Source: Alphaproteobacteria bacterium (GTDB taxonomy: Bacteria; Pseudomonadota; Alphaproteobacteria; SP197). From it: DNA of 64,000 bases. The translations under genes and the position numbers were made by a program. The DNA is taken from positions 9,578 to 73,577 of the forward strand of contig OZ219746.1 of the NCBI GenBank assembly GCA_964291265.2. The letters run 5' to 3'. The stretch's first letter is position 1; every line of letters starts with the position of its first letter. This document shows positions 1-8,695 of the stretch, in pieces. The notes under the pieces are model-generated. The model was not told where the DNA came from. It did not search any database and saw only the letters and a list, made by a program, of their open reading frames with translations.

Positions 1-1
1 C

Positions 2-1078
2 ATCGACTCGAAAGACGACACGGCCCGTTTGCGGATCATCGACAAGTATGTCGGCTCCAAGGATGTTTTCATCTATGTCCCGGCGGGTGAAGGAGGACCC
101 GACCCCGAGGAGACGGACCACGATGTAAGCAACGACCTGCCGTACGGAGCGCTCGATTTAACGGATGCAGTCACAACCACAAGCTACCCCAAGTTGAAAG
201 TTCATCGGGCAGGCGGAGAGTTCTACAAGCTCATGCAAGAGGATTGGAATAATCTTAATGACGAAACGTCAGGTGTCATGGTCAGCAATAATAAGATTGA
301 GATGGACACAAAGGACTCCAACGCCGATACCGAGGAGAACAAGAACAAGGAAATCTACTACGTCATTGCGCCTGTAGCGGGCAATTTCTTGGGGCTGACC
401 AGAGCGAAAGGCGATCGTATCTATCTGAAACGTGATAGTGTCGGCGCCGAGAAGATCACGTATGGTGCGATATCCGTCCGCGGCGATGTGAAGTTTCCTG
501 CCGAGATGGCCTACGAACACATGAACTACGGCACGTGGGTCACGCTGAAGGAAGTGAGCGGCGGCGACAATGAAGACCCTGATGGGCTGGGCATCCCGTT
601 TGTCCGCACGCTGACCAGCATGACCACCGACATGCCGACCTCCGGACACGCCGTCTATGATGGCCATTGGGTTGGGCAGGTCCGCAGTGCGGACGCCGAT
701 GGCGAGGGCATGATCCGGTCCTACACCGGCGGTTCGGAAACGGCGGTGAACTTCGTGACGAACGGCATTCATGTGACACTTTCCACCAGCTCCAACGTCG
801 ACGACCCCGACACCCCCGCCGCCTTCGCTCGGCTTGAGGGTGCGATTGCCGGCAACGGGTTCGCGGGAACCAAGGCCACCGTGCTCCTCGCCACCAACGT
901 GGGCAGTAAGAGCGGTGATGACCCCGTAACGTTGGAGACGACCGGGGAGTACACGGGCACGGTCAGCGGCAACTTCTACGGCCCCATGGCGGTGGAGGTC
1001 GGCGGCATCTTCGACTTCACTTCGGCGGACAAGAAGCAGGGCGAGTTCCGCGGCGCCTTCGGTGGCCGCAAGCAGTGA
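2..1078 (+). CDS. TbpB-like (transferrin-binding-protein-B-type beta-barrel) surface lipoprotein, C-terminal part; 5' end lies outside the window
   Basis: The frame is open from nt 2, with no stop before the listed TTG at 29. The C-terminus ...NFYGPMAVEVGGIFDF...KKQGEFRGAFGGRKQ is the barrel signature of TbpB/fHbp-type lipoproteins. It is paralogous to the C-terminus of the 5669..7687 product (...FFGSEAEEVGGVFDY...KGEFRGAFGGSK). Confidence 0.7.
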   Translation: MDSKDDTARLRIIDKYVGSKDVFIYVPAGEGGPDPEETDHDVSNDLPYGALDLTDAVTTTSYPKLKVHRAGGEFYKLMQEDWNNLNDETSGVMVSNNKIEMDTKDSNADTEENKNKEIYYVIAPVAGNFLGLTRAKGDRIYLKRDSVGAEKITYGAISVRGDVKFPAEMAYEHMNYGTWVTLKEVSGGDNEDPDGLGIPFVRTLTSMTTDMPTSGHAVYDGHWVGQVRSADADGEGMIRSYTGGSETAVNFVTNGIHVTLSTSSNVDDPDTPAAFARLEGAIAGNGFAGTKATVLLATNVGSKSGDDPVTLETTGEYTGTVSGNFYGPMAVEVGGIFDFTSADKKQGEFRGAFGGRKQ

Positions 1079-1966
1079 CCCCGTGAGCGGCTGAGGTTCG
1101 CCGCCGCCGGGCTTGCCCCGGTCGTCAGCGAGGCGGCGCCCGATCCCGCGCGGATCGGGCGCCGCTCTTTTGTGTGCCGAGCATGGCCGACAGCTTGGGT
1201 GTACGCGCCCTTCCGAGGCGGGGTCCGGGAGTTCGCAAGGAAGCGTGGAGGTACCCGGGTCAGGTCGTAACTTCGGCTTGACATCCCGGTTCCCCCCCGT
1301 GACGGCCTTTCCCGACCGGGGACGAATGGAGAGCACTTCCGTCCGCCGCCGTGCTTCGGACCGCCGGCCGGGCGGCCAGCCCGGTCATCCGGGAACGACG
1401 CTGCGCCGTTCCGAGACGCCGGGTCGGATCGAGGATCTTCCTCCCGATTCCTGCGGTCGATGCGGAAGGTCCCGGGCCGGATTGCCTTCGGAGGTGCAGG
1501 CCACCCGGCCGCTCACGGACCTTCCGCCGATGGCGCTTGAGACCGTCGAACCCCGGATTCATCAAGCGGTGTGTGGCCCCTTGCGGAGAGGGGAACCCGA
1601 ACCGCTTTCCGGAGGGCGGGACGGTTCCGGTCCCGTACGGCCCGGGGGCGATCGTGCAGTACCTGGGGCAGCGCACCGGATTCCGCGTCGCCGGATCGTC
1701 GCGGTACTCGCAGACCGGTTCGGTGTGACCCGGCCCCAAGGGACGGTTTCCGCCCTTCTGGACCGGGGCGCCGACCGATTCTCCGGTGTCGCCGGGCAGG
1801 TCCGGGATGCTGCGGCCCCGGCCGCCGTCAAGCCCAAGGACGAGACCGGCGTCCGGGTTCACGGTCGGTGGAAATGGATCCCCGTCACCGGTACGAAGCG
1901 GATCCGCCCTTTCCGCCTCGGCGAAGGCCGCGGGGACGGGATCGCGGAAGCGACCGGCCTTCGGTG

Positions 1967-2890
1967 CACGATGTCTGGAAACCGTACGGGAAGATCCTCT
2001 TCGGCAGTCAGGTCACCCGGCTGATCGCGCGGCGCGTGCGCGAGCACGGCGTCTACTGCGAGATCGTCCCCTGGCACCGGGCGGCCGGGCGCCTCGATCC
2101 TCCACCCGTCGCCGTCATCCAGTCCGGCGGACCCGATTCGACGGTGTCCGATGCGGCCCCGACGGTCGCGCCCGAGATCTTCCGGGCCGGCGTGCCGGTG
2201 CTCGGGAGCTGCTACGGACAGCAGGCCATGGTGCAGGCGCTCGGCGGCCGGGTGGACGCGGCCCGGGACCGGGAGTTCGGGCGCGCGGACCTTGAGGTCA
2301 CGGCGCCTTCGGCGCTGTTCGGCGGCCTGTGGAAGCCGGGCGAACGTCATCCGGTATGGATGAGTCACGGAGACCGCGTGGATGCGGTGCCGCCGGGCTT
2401 CCGGGGGGGTGGCCCGGACCGCCGCGTCGCCGTTTGCGGCCATCGCCGACGATCGCCGCCGGTACTGCGGGGTGCAGTTTCATCCGGAGGTCGTGCACAC
2501 GCCGGACGGTTCCCGGCTGCCCCGCCGGTTTGTCCGGGAGGCGGCCGGCCTGGCGGGAACCTGAACGGCCGGCCGGATCCGGTCGGACGCGGTCGCGCGC
2601 ATCCGGGCGCAGGTGGGCCGGGGGCGGGTGATCTGCGGGCTGTCGGGCGGCGTCGACAGCGCCGTGACGGCGCGGCTGGTGCACGAGGCCGTGGGCGACC
2701 GGCTGACCTGCGTGCTGGTCGACCACGGCCTGCTGCGTGCGGACGAGGCGTCCGAACGGCGGGCGTCTGCCGGTTTCCGTCGGAGTTGTCGGCGGCGGTG
2801 GCCGCGACGATCGTCAATCGGGTTCCGGGCCGCAACCGGGTGCTGTACGACGTGACGTCGAAGCCGCCCGGCACGATCGAGTGGGAGTGA
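1967..2890 (+). pseudogene. guaA: GMP synthase (glutamine-hydrolysing) relic with frameshifts and a large internal deletion
   Basis: GATase part: [28 protein letters not shown]...[15 protein letters not shown]...VWMSHGD in the frame of ORF 1571..2890. [26 protein letters not shown] and [36 protein letters not shown] (PP-loop) are in a second frame. The canonical C-terminus [18 protein letters not shown] is back in the first frame. The relic spans about 920 nt, against about 1.5 kb for an intact guaA. Confidence 0.85.
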
Positions 2891-3202
2891 GGGCGCGGGC
2901 GGCGGTCGGCCCGTCCTTGCCATCGTGCGGCGGGTGCGGTGGCGGGGGGCCGCTGCTGTCCTGTCCTGCGTTCCCCGGCGCTTGCGTGCGGGCTGGCCGG
3001 GGTCTTCTGCGGAGCGGGTCCGGGGGGTCTCGCGCCCCAATGGTATTCGGGCATGTCTGCCGATGTAACGGCGGCTTGTCCTACGCCGTCAACCCATTGA
3101 CATAAAGGACTTTACTTTTCTCGGACGTTTTTCCACACGCATTGCTTGACAAGCATTCGCTGATTTGCAAGATGTCCCCGAATCGGTGATGCGGAAGCAC
3201 TC

Positions 3203-5377
3203 ATGGACCAGCGAATCGTCGCCCTGCCGTCGACCACCTTCTCGGGCCGCCGCCTGACCCGCCAGCAGATCGCGGATGCCCAGGAGACCGTGGAGATGTT
3301 TCCCCATGACAGCCGCAACGAGCTGGCGAAGACCATCTGCGAGCATCTGCACTGGAAGACGGCGAAGGGCGCCTACAAGGTCGGGGCCTGCCTCGGGATG
3401 CTGGAGACCCTGGAGCGCTGCGGCATCCTGACCTTGCCGCCCTTGCGCGAGGACCACGTCCGCGACATGACCTGCCCCCCTGCCTGGACCTCGGCCTCGG
3501 ACCCGCAGCCGGAGATCGTGGCGCCGCTGTCGGAACTGTGCCCGCTTCGCGTCGAGCCCGTCACCGACACCGAGGGGCGGCAGCTGTGGAACGCCTTCGT
3601 CGACCGGTATCATTACCTCGGCTACAAGCGCCCCTACGGGGCGCATGTCCGCTACTTCGTCACCGACAGGCAGGGGCGCAAGCTGGGCTGCATCCTGTTC
3701 GAGGCGACAACGAAGACACTTCCCTGCCGGGACCGCTGGATCGGCTGGACGAACCGCAGGCGTGACAGCAAGCGGCACCTGATGACGGTCAATTCAAGGT
3801 ACCTGGTGTTTCCCTGGGTCGTCTCGAAGAACCTTGCGTCCTCGGCCCTGGCCATGGCGACGCGCCGCCTCGCCGACGACTGGGAGCGTCTTCACGGCTG
3901 GCGTCCCGTCCTCATCGAGACCTTCGTCGACGAGACCCGGTTCAAGGCCTCGTGCTACCGTGCGGCCAACTGGCAACGCATCGGTGATACCGCGGGCCGG
4001 GGCAAGTCGCGCAAAGGGGTCTACGTACTGGCGCTTGAGCGGGGTGCTCGCGAGATCCTGCGCTCGGAGAGCGGCGCGGCGAGGAAGAAGCCTGCGACGC
4101 GTGCTGAACGGGGACGGTCCGCCATCGCCGACCGGCGGTTCTCGAAGCGCTGGGAGGCGCTTGTTGCGGCCGCCGTTGCGATTGCGGAACGCGAGGACGC
4201 GCGCTGGCAGAAACGTCGGCGGGTCTTCAACAGCCTGCTGATCATGCTGTTCGTGCTCCGCCTCGTTGCCGCGTCGCGCGGGCAAGGCTACGGGACCACG
4301 CTCAGCGAACTCTGGGAGCATTGCGAGGCCGCAGGCATCGAGCTGCCGCAGGCGGAGCCTCCGGCGGCATCGACGGCCTGCGAGGCGCGGGAGAAGCTCG
4401 ACGAGGCCGCGTTCAAGCGCCTGCACGCGGAGATCCTCGCCCACTGTCCCGAGTGCACGCTGTGGAAGGGTCACAGGACTCTCGCCGTCGACGGCTCGAA
4501 GATCACCCTGCCCAGGGAACTCGCACAGTACGGCTATCGTGTGAGCGACGGCGCCCACTACCCCCAGGGCATGGTCAGCACACTCTACCGGCTCAATGAC
4601 CGCATCCCGATCGACTTCGACCTGTTCGACCACGAGAACGAGCGGGCAGCCGCCCTCGTGCACCTCGACCATGCTGCCGAAGGCGATGTCATCGTCTACG
4701 ACCGGGGCTACTACTCCTTCGCCATGGCCCTCGCTCATCAGGAGCGCAAACTCAACTTCGTGTTCCGCATCCAGAAAGGCGCCAACCCCGTGTTCGACGC
4801 CTTCATCGCCTCCGGCGAGGACGACCGGACCATCACCCTCGACGCCCCCAGGGACGAGACCGCGCTACGCTCGAAGACCCTGCGCGTCCGCCTCGTCAGG
4901 TACCGGTATGCCGACACGGAGTACTACATCGCGACCTCCCTGCTCGACGGCAGCCGCTATCCCGTCCCCGCACTCTCTGATCTCTATCATGCTCGTTGGG
5001 GCGTGGAGGAAATGTACAAGACCGGCAAGTTCCTGATCGAGGCCTTCCACGCCAAGTCCAGGCGCGGCGTCCGCCAGGAACTCTACGCCGCCTTCGTCCT
5101 CATCACCCTCGCCCGCCAGTTCGCGAACCGCTGCGACAACGACATCGACGACGGCGACGACCTGCCGGCCATGCGCACCAACTTCCGCAACAGCCTGCGC
5201 CTCGTCGGCAAGGAGATCGAGGCCATGTTCCTCGCACAGAGCGCCATGGTCGTCCAGTCCGTCAGGCGGATCATGTCCGGGCTCTCGCGCTGCATCCAGC
5301 GCGAAAGGCCCGGGCGCAGCTACGTGCGGCAGTCGAAGCAGCCAAGGAGCAAGTGGCAGAAACGGGTACCCGCCTGA
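3203..5377 (+). CDS. Transposase: N-terminal DUF4338 (DruA-like) domain fused to an IS4-family DDE domain
   Basis: N-terminal half: WNAFVDRYHYLGYKRPYGAHVRYFV...RDRWIGW...VNSRYLVFPWV...LIETFVDETRFKASCYRAANWQRIGDTAGRG, a DUF4338-like motif set. C-terminal half: LAVDGSKITLP...VIVYDRGYYSF...YHARWGVEEMYKTGK, the IS4/DDE_Tnp_1 D-D-E context. A single 724-aa ORF followed by a terminator. Confidence 0.8.
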   Translation: MDQRIVALPSTTFSGRRLTRQQIADAQETVEMFPHDSRNELAKTICEHLHWKTAKGAYKVGACLGMLETLERCGILTLPPLREDHVRDMTCPPAWTSASDPQPEIVAPLSELCPLRVEPVTDTEGRQLWNAFVDRYHYLGYKRPYGAHVRYFVTDRQGRKLGCILFEATTKTLPCRDRWIGWTNRRRDSKRHLMTVNSRYLVFPWVVSKNLASSALAMATRRLADDWERLHGWRPVLIETFVDETRFKASCYRAANWQRIGDTAGRGKSRKGVYVLALERGAREILRSESGAARKKPATRAERGRSAIADRRFSKRWEALVAAAVAIAEREDARWQKRRRVFNSLLIMLFVLRLVAASRGQGYGTTLSELWEHCEAAGIELPQAEPPAASTACEAREKLDEAAFKRLHAEILAHCPECTLWKGHRTLAVDGSKITLPRELAQYGYRVSDGAHYPQGMVSTLYRLNDRIPIDFDLFDHENERAAALVHLDHAAEGDVIVYDRGYYSFAMALAHQERKLNFVFRIQKGANPVFDAFIASGEDDRTITLDAPRDETALRSKTLRVRLVRYRYADTEYYIATSLLDGSRYPVPALSDLYHARWGVEEMYKTGKFLIEAFHAKSRRGVRQELYAAFVLITLARQFANRCDNDIDDGDDLPAMRTNFRNSLRLVGKEIEAMFLAQSAMVVQSVRRIMSGLSRCIQRERPGRSYVRQSKQPRSKWQKRVPA

Positions 5378-5401
5378 CACCAACGCCAGCCGCCAGACAG
5401 G

Positions 5402-5444
5402 CCCCCGGCTTCGGGCAAAACCCGAAGTCGGGGGACTTTTTTAT
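5402..5444 (+). terminator. Rho-independent terminator downstream of the transposase gene
   Basis: cccccggcttcggg / cccgaagtcggggg forms a 14-bp stem with one mismatch and loop caaaa, followed by acttttttat. Confidence 0.7.
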
Positions 5445-5668
5445 CCGAACGCAGGAAAAACTTATCCGAATGCCTTTGTCTCGCGCCCGGCCGTCGGCCG
5501 GCAAAACGGGGTGGAGATCAGGGCTTGCAGCTTTCGTTTCGCAGGCCTATATTGAGCGCCGAGCGTTCGTCGGGGCCGCCTGCGGATGGCCTGCGGATGC
5601 CTCATGCGTGCAAAATCCTAAGGGCCCCTTCACGGGGTTTCTTCCGCAGTCGAAGGGGAGCCTCGACG

Positions 5669-7687
5669 ATGAAACAGACGGAGACACCGATGTACAAGAA
5701 CGTGGCGATGGCCTGCAGCGTGGTCGTACTCGCTTTCGGGCTGGCGGCGTGCAGCAGCAGCAACAAGACGGCCGCCCCGGCTGATCCTCCGGCGGTGGCT
5801 CCGGAGCTCCAGGAGCAGCGGGATAAGGCCAAGGCTGCCGAGACGGCGGCCAAGGCCGCCTCGGACCTCGCGGCCCAGGGCATGGCGGCGGCCGGCGACG
5901 ATCCGGCCAAGATCGGCTCGGAGGCGGCGCAGGCGGCGGTGATGAGCCTCGTGTCCGTCCAGCTTCCCGCGAAGGCGAAGATGTACGCCGACAAGGCCAA
6001 GGCGGCGGCCGATGCGGCGAAGAGAGCCTACGACACGGCGAAGGCGGCATCCGCGAAGGCGGCGGCGGCGACCAGTCTGGCGGCGGCGGCCGAGGCCAGG
6101 CTCGACGCCGAGGCGGCCCGGAAGGAAGCCGAGGCGCAGGCCGAGATCGCCAATGCCCAGGCCAAACTGGCGGTGGATGCGGCCAAGGGGATCGCGTACG
6201 CCGACGGAACCTACACGGTCGGCGCCATGTCGATCACGCCCGGCACAGCGGGGACCACGAGAACCGTCGACGGCAAGTCGGTGACGGTCGGCCTTCTCGG
6301 GTCTGACGACGGCATCGCAAAGAAGACCGTGGCCCGCAAGGATCCCGTGAGCCCATCCACGGACAAGGTTGTGACCACCGACGTGACCCATATGGTGGCT
6401 GACCTTAGGCCCCGCATCCATAACGCCGGCACCGAATACACGGGCCTCACATCCCGGGACACGCCGGCAGGGGGCGTCTTGGGATCGCCGCAGATCAATA
6501 CGGGCCGCAAGATCCGGGTCAGCAACATGTACGATTCGGAGGACGACAAGTCCCGTCTCTGGCTCGTCACGCATTACATGGGCAAGGCATCCGTCGGATT
6601 CTTCTATCGCGAAGAGACCCAAGTCACGGCCACCGTAGACCAGGAACCGGATGCTCCCTACGGCAAGTGGGCGAAGGATGACACCGGTACCGACTATGCG
6701 GGCGGGCCGAAGGTGGTGGAGAAGGCGTCCGGCAACTTCTACCTTGCCACGTCAGGCTCGGTCGAACCCGTCGGGGGCCGGATCTGGAACGGGAGCGCCG
6801 GAACGTTCGACATCTATACGGGCGACGACGAGGAAAAACTTGGAGAAGGCAAGGTCTTCTACATTCAAGACAACCGTAACGACGCGGATGGTGCCCGCAA
6901 TGACCGAAGGACATGGCTGGAACTGGTCGCGACCATCACCAAGCCGGACGGCACGAAGTCGTTCCAGTACAAGATGATCCAGGCTTGGACGGGAGACTAT
7001 CGGGGAGACCCTGACAAGATATCCGTTTCCGACTTTCCGGAATCGATGGCCTACGATCATGTCAATTTCGGCCTGTGGTCGATGCTGAGCGATTCCGGCG
7101 AGAAGCCGAAGGAGCTGGGCATCGCATTCGCCATGGCCAAGCAGGGCGGCAGCATGACCGCCGCCGACGCCATGCCGGCGACCGGCACCGCCACCTACAA
7201 CGGTTCCTGGGCGGCGCATGTTCGTGCGAGGGCCGTCGTCTCGGGCGCCGGCGGCGTCACCACCAACCCTTCTCCGATTACCGAGCAAAGCGGCAACTCG
7301 GTGGTGACGGCGGACTTTGCGAAGAATACCGTCAAGGTCAATCTGCACCAGCTTGCCATGCTTGAGGGCGCGATTTCCGGCAACATGTTCTCGGGAACCA
7401 AGGTCTCCGACGTCAAGGCCAACAAGGGGAACCTGGTCGCCACTGCCGATGGAGCCGGCTTCACGGGCGAGTTCAGCGGTAGCTTCTTCGGCTCTGAGGC
7501 CGAGGAGGTCGGCGGCGTGTTCGACTATACGTCGGAGAAGTTGGTGAAGGGCGAGTTCCGCGGTGCCTTCGGCGGCTCGAAGTTCGGCATGCCGATGGCC
7601 GAGATGATCCCGTCAACGTCGGGTGCCGTCCCGGGTGCTTTGATGAAGGTCAATCGTCGGCTCGATATTCCGGACGTTCCCGAATAG
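5669..7687 (+). CDS. Surface lipoprotein with an Ala-rich coiled-coil-like region and a TbpB-like C-terminal beta-barrel
   Basis: ATG at 5669 is preceded by gaaggggag. Signal peptide plus lipobox MKQTETPMYKNVAMACSVVVLAFGLAAC|SSSN. A long A/K/E-rich stretch follows. C-terminal ...GEFSGSFFGSEAEEVGGVFDY...GEFRGAFGGSK is paralogous to the 2..1078 product. Confidence 0.8.
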   Translation: MKQTETPMYKNVAMACSVVVLAFGLAACSSSNKTAAPADPPAVAPELQEQRDKAKAAETAAKAASDLAAQGMAAAGDDPAKIGSEAAQAAVMSLVSVQLPAKAKMYADKAKAAADAAKRAYDTAKAASAKAAAATSLAAAAEARLDAEAARKEAEAQAEIANAQAKLAVDAAKGIAYADGTYTVGAMSITPGTAGTTRTVDGKSVTVGLLGSDDGIAKKTVARKDPVSPSTDKVVTTDVTHMVADLRPRIHNAGTEYTGLTSRDTPAGGVLGSPQINTGRKIRVSNMYDSEDDKSRLWLVTHYMGKASVGFFYREETQVTATVDQEPDAPYGKWAKDDTGTDYAGGPKVVEKASGNFYLATSGSVEPVGGRIWNGSAGTFDIYTGDDEEKLGEGKVFYIQDNRNDADGARNDRRTWLELVATITKPDGTKSFQYKMIQAWTGDYRGDPDKISVSDFPESMAYDHVNFGLWSMLSDSGEKPKELGIAFAMAKQGGSMTAADAMPATGTATYNGSWAAHVRARAVVSGAGGVTTNPSPITEQSGNSVVTADFAKNTVKVNLHQLAMLEGAISGNMFSGTKVSDVKANKGNLVATADGAGFTGEFSGSFFGSEAEEVGGVFDYTSEKLVKGEFRGAFGGSKFGMPMAEMIPSTSGAVPGALMKVNRRLDIPDVPE

Positions 7688-7768
7688 GCGCCGCCGTCAC
7701 GACCCTGGCGGCCTTGTCTTTTCGGACGCTGGCCGGGCAATCCGTGCATGCCTCGATCTACGGGTTTT

Positions 7769-7797
7769 GGACGAAGGCCGCTTCGCGGCCTTCGTCC
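7769..7797 (+). terminator. Strong GC hairpin (12-bp perfect stem) downstream of the lipoprotein gene, with no U-tract
   Basis: ggacgaaggccg-cttcg-cggccttcgtcc. It directly abuts the 88-bp inverted-repeat copy A. No T-run follows, so terminator function is uncertain. Confidence 0.3.
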
Positions 7798-7884
7798 AAT
7801 AGGACCTGACAACAGGGAAGAAACACGACCCTGACAAAGCGCGGCAAATCGCCGAAATCCCGCCGTTCTATGCAGCCATCAACA
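7797..7884. repeat. 88-bp inverted repeat, copy A (perfect reverse complement of 42316..42403)
   Basis: Base-by-base manual alignment gives caataggacctgacaacagggaagaaacacgaccctgacaaagcgcggcaaatcgccgaaatcccgccgttctatgcagccatcaaca = RC of 42316..42403, 88/88 identical. It contains an orphan ATG (7870) plus 5 codons identical to the start of the integrase relic at 42330. Confidence 0.95.
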
Positions 7885-8146
7885 ACAGTCGCTTGATATC
7901 CCAGGATCGTCGCCCCGGGGTGTTGCAGAACCCATCGCGGAACCTCGAATCTGGATGTTGTCTGTCGGAGCGTTTCGGGAAGGATGGGCGTGGCGCTTTC
8001 GGCCATCTTCCCACAGCCATCCACCGCATCTTCGATGCGCTCTCCGGACACTGCGTGAACCCGAACCCTCAGCGACCAGTTCCGGGCAGCCCTCAGGATT
8101 TGGGTTGACGCTTGCCGGGCGGCGGCGTTGTCCCTATGATGTCCCC

Positions 8147-8428
8147 ATGTCAGAGGCCATCGCGTTCGATGCACACCGCTTCGTCAAGCGCCTGACCGAC
8201 TGCGGCTTCACCGAGCAGCAGGCCGAGACGCTTGCCGACGAGCAGGTCGCCCTGCTCAACGCCAACCTGGCGACGAAGGCCGGCATGGAAGCGATGCGCC
8301 AGGAGACCAGGTCCGGCATCGACGCGGTGCGCCAGGAAAATGCAACCGCCATGGCGAGGGTCGAGACGCGCATGGAGTCGATCAAGTTCGATCTGATGAA
8401 ATGGATGATCGGTCTGTTGATCGCCTAG
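8147..8428 (+). CDS. DUF1640 (CCDC90-like) coiled-coil membrane-anchored protein
   Basis: MSEAIAFDAHRFVKRLTDCGFTEQQAETLADEQVALLNANLATKAGMEAM...FDLMKWMIGLLIA. This is the typical DUF1640 N-terminal motif with a C-terminal hydrophobic tail. Confidence 0.6.
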   Translation: MSEAIAFDAHRFVKRLTDCGFTEQQAETLADEQVALLNANLATKAGMEAMRQETRSGIDAVRQENATAMARVETRMESIKFDLMKWMIGLLIA

Positions 8429-8695
8429 GGTGGGCTGCTCATCGCCCTCGTCAGGTTCCTGTAGAGATCTCGTAGCGGCGTTCGGTCCACAGGCCACCCG
8501 GGCTTCCCCGGAAACAGGATGCGCCACCATGTCCGAGGTCCTCGCCACTGACTGGAAGAACCCGTCGTCGGCGCCGCAAGACCGCGCCGGTGAGCGCACC
8601 GGGTTCGCCGCTGATCCGGACGCCTTCTCGCGCACGGCCAGGGCACAGGCGGAGGATGACGCGATGAAACTCGGCCATGTCGGGGGCATGGACCG

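Noticed and set aside
1113-1960. ORFs 1113..2024(+), 1260..1862(-) and the 5' part of 1571..2890(+), lying between the first lipoprotein gene and the guaA relic.
   Set aside because: Low-complexity R/P/G-rich translations without motifs, mutually overlapping in several frames. Treated as non-coding or decayed DNA.
3080-5500. Terminal inverted repeats for the DUF4338::IS4 element.
   Set aside because: Comparing about 3090..3140 with the reverse complement of about 5440..5500 gave only scattered matches (aaagg, tttttcc) at inconsistent spacing. The element boundaries are therefore left undefined.
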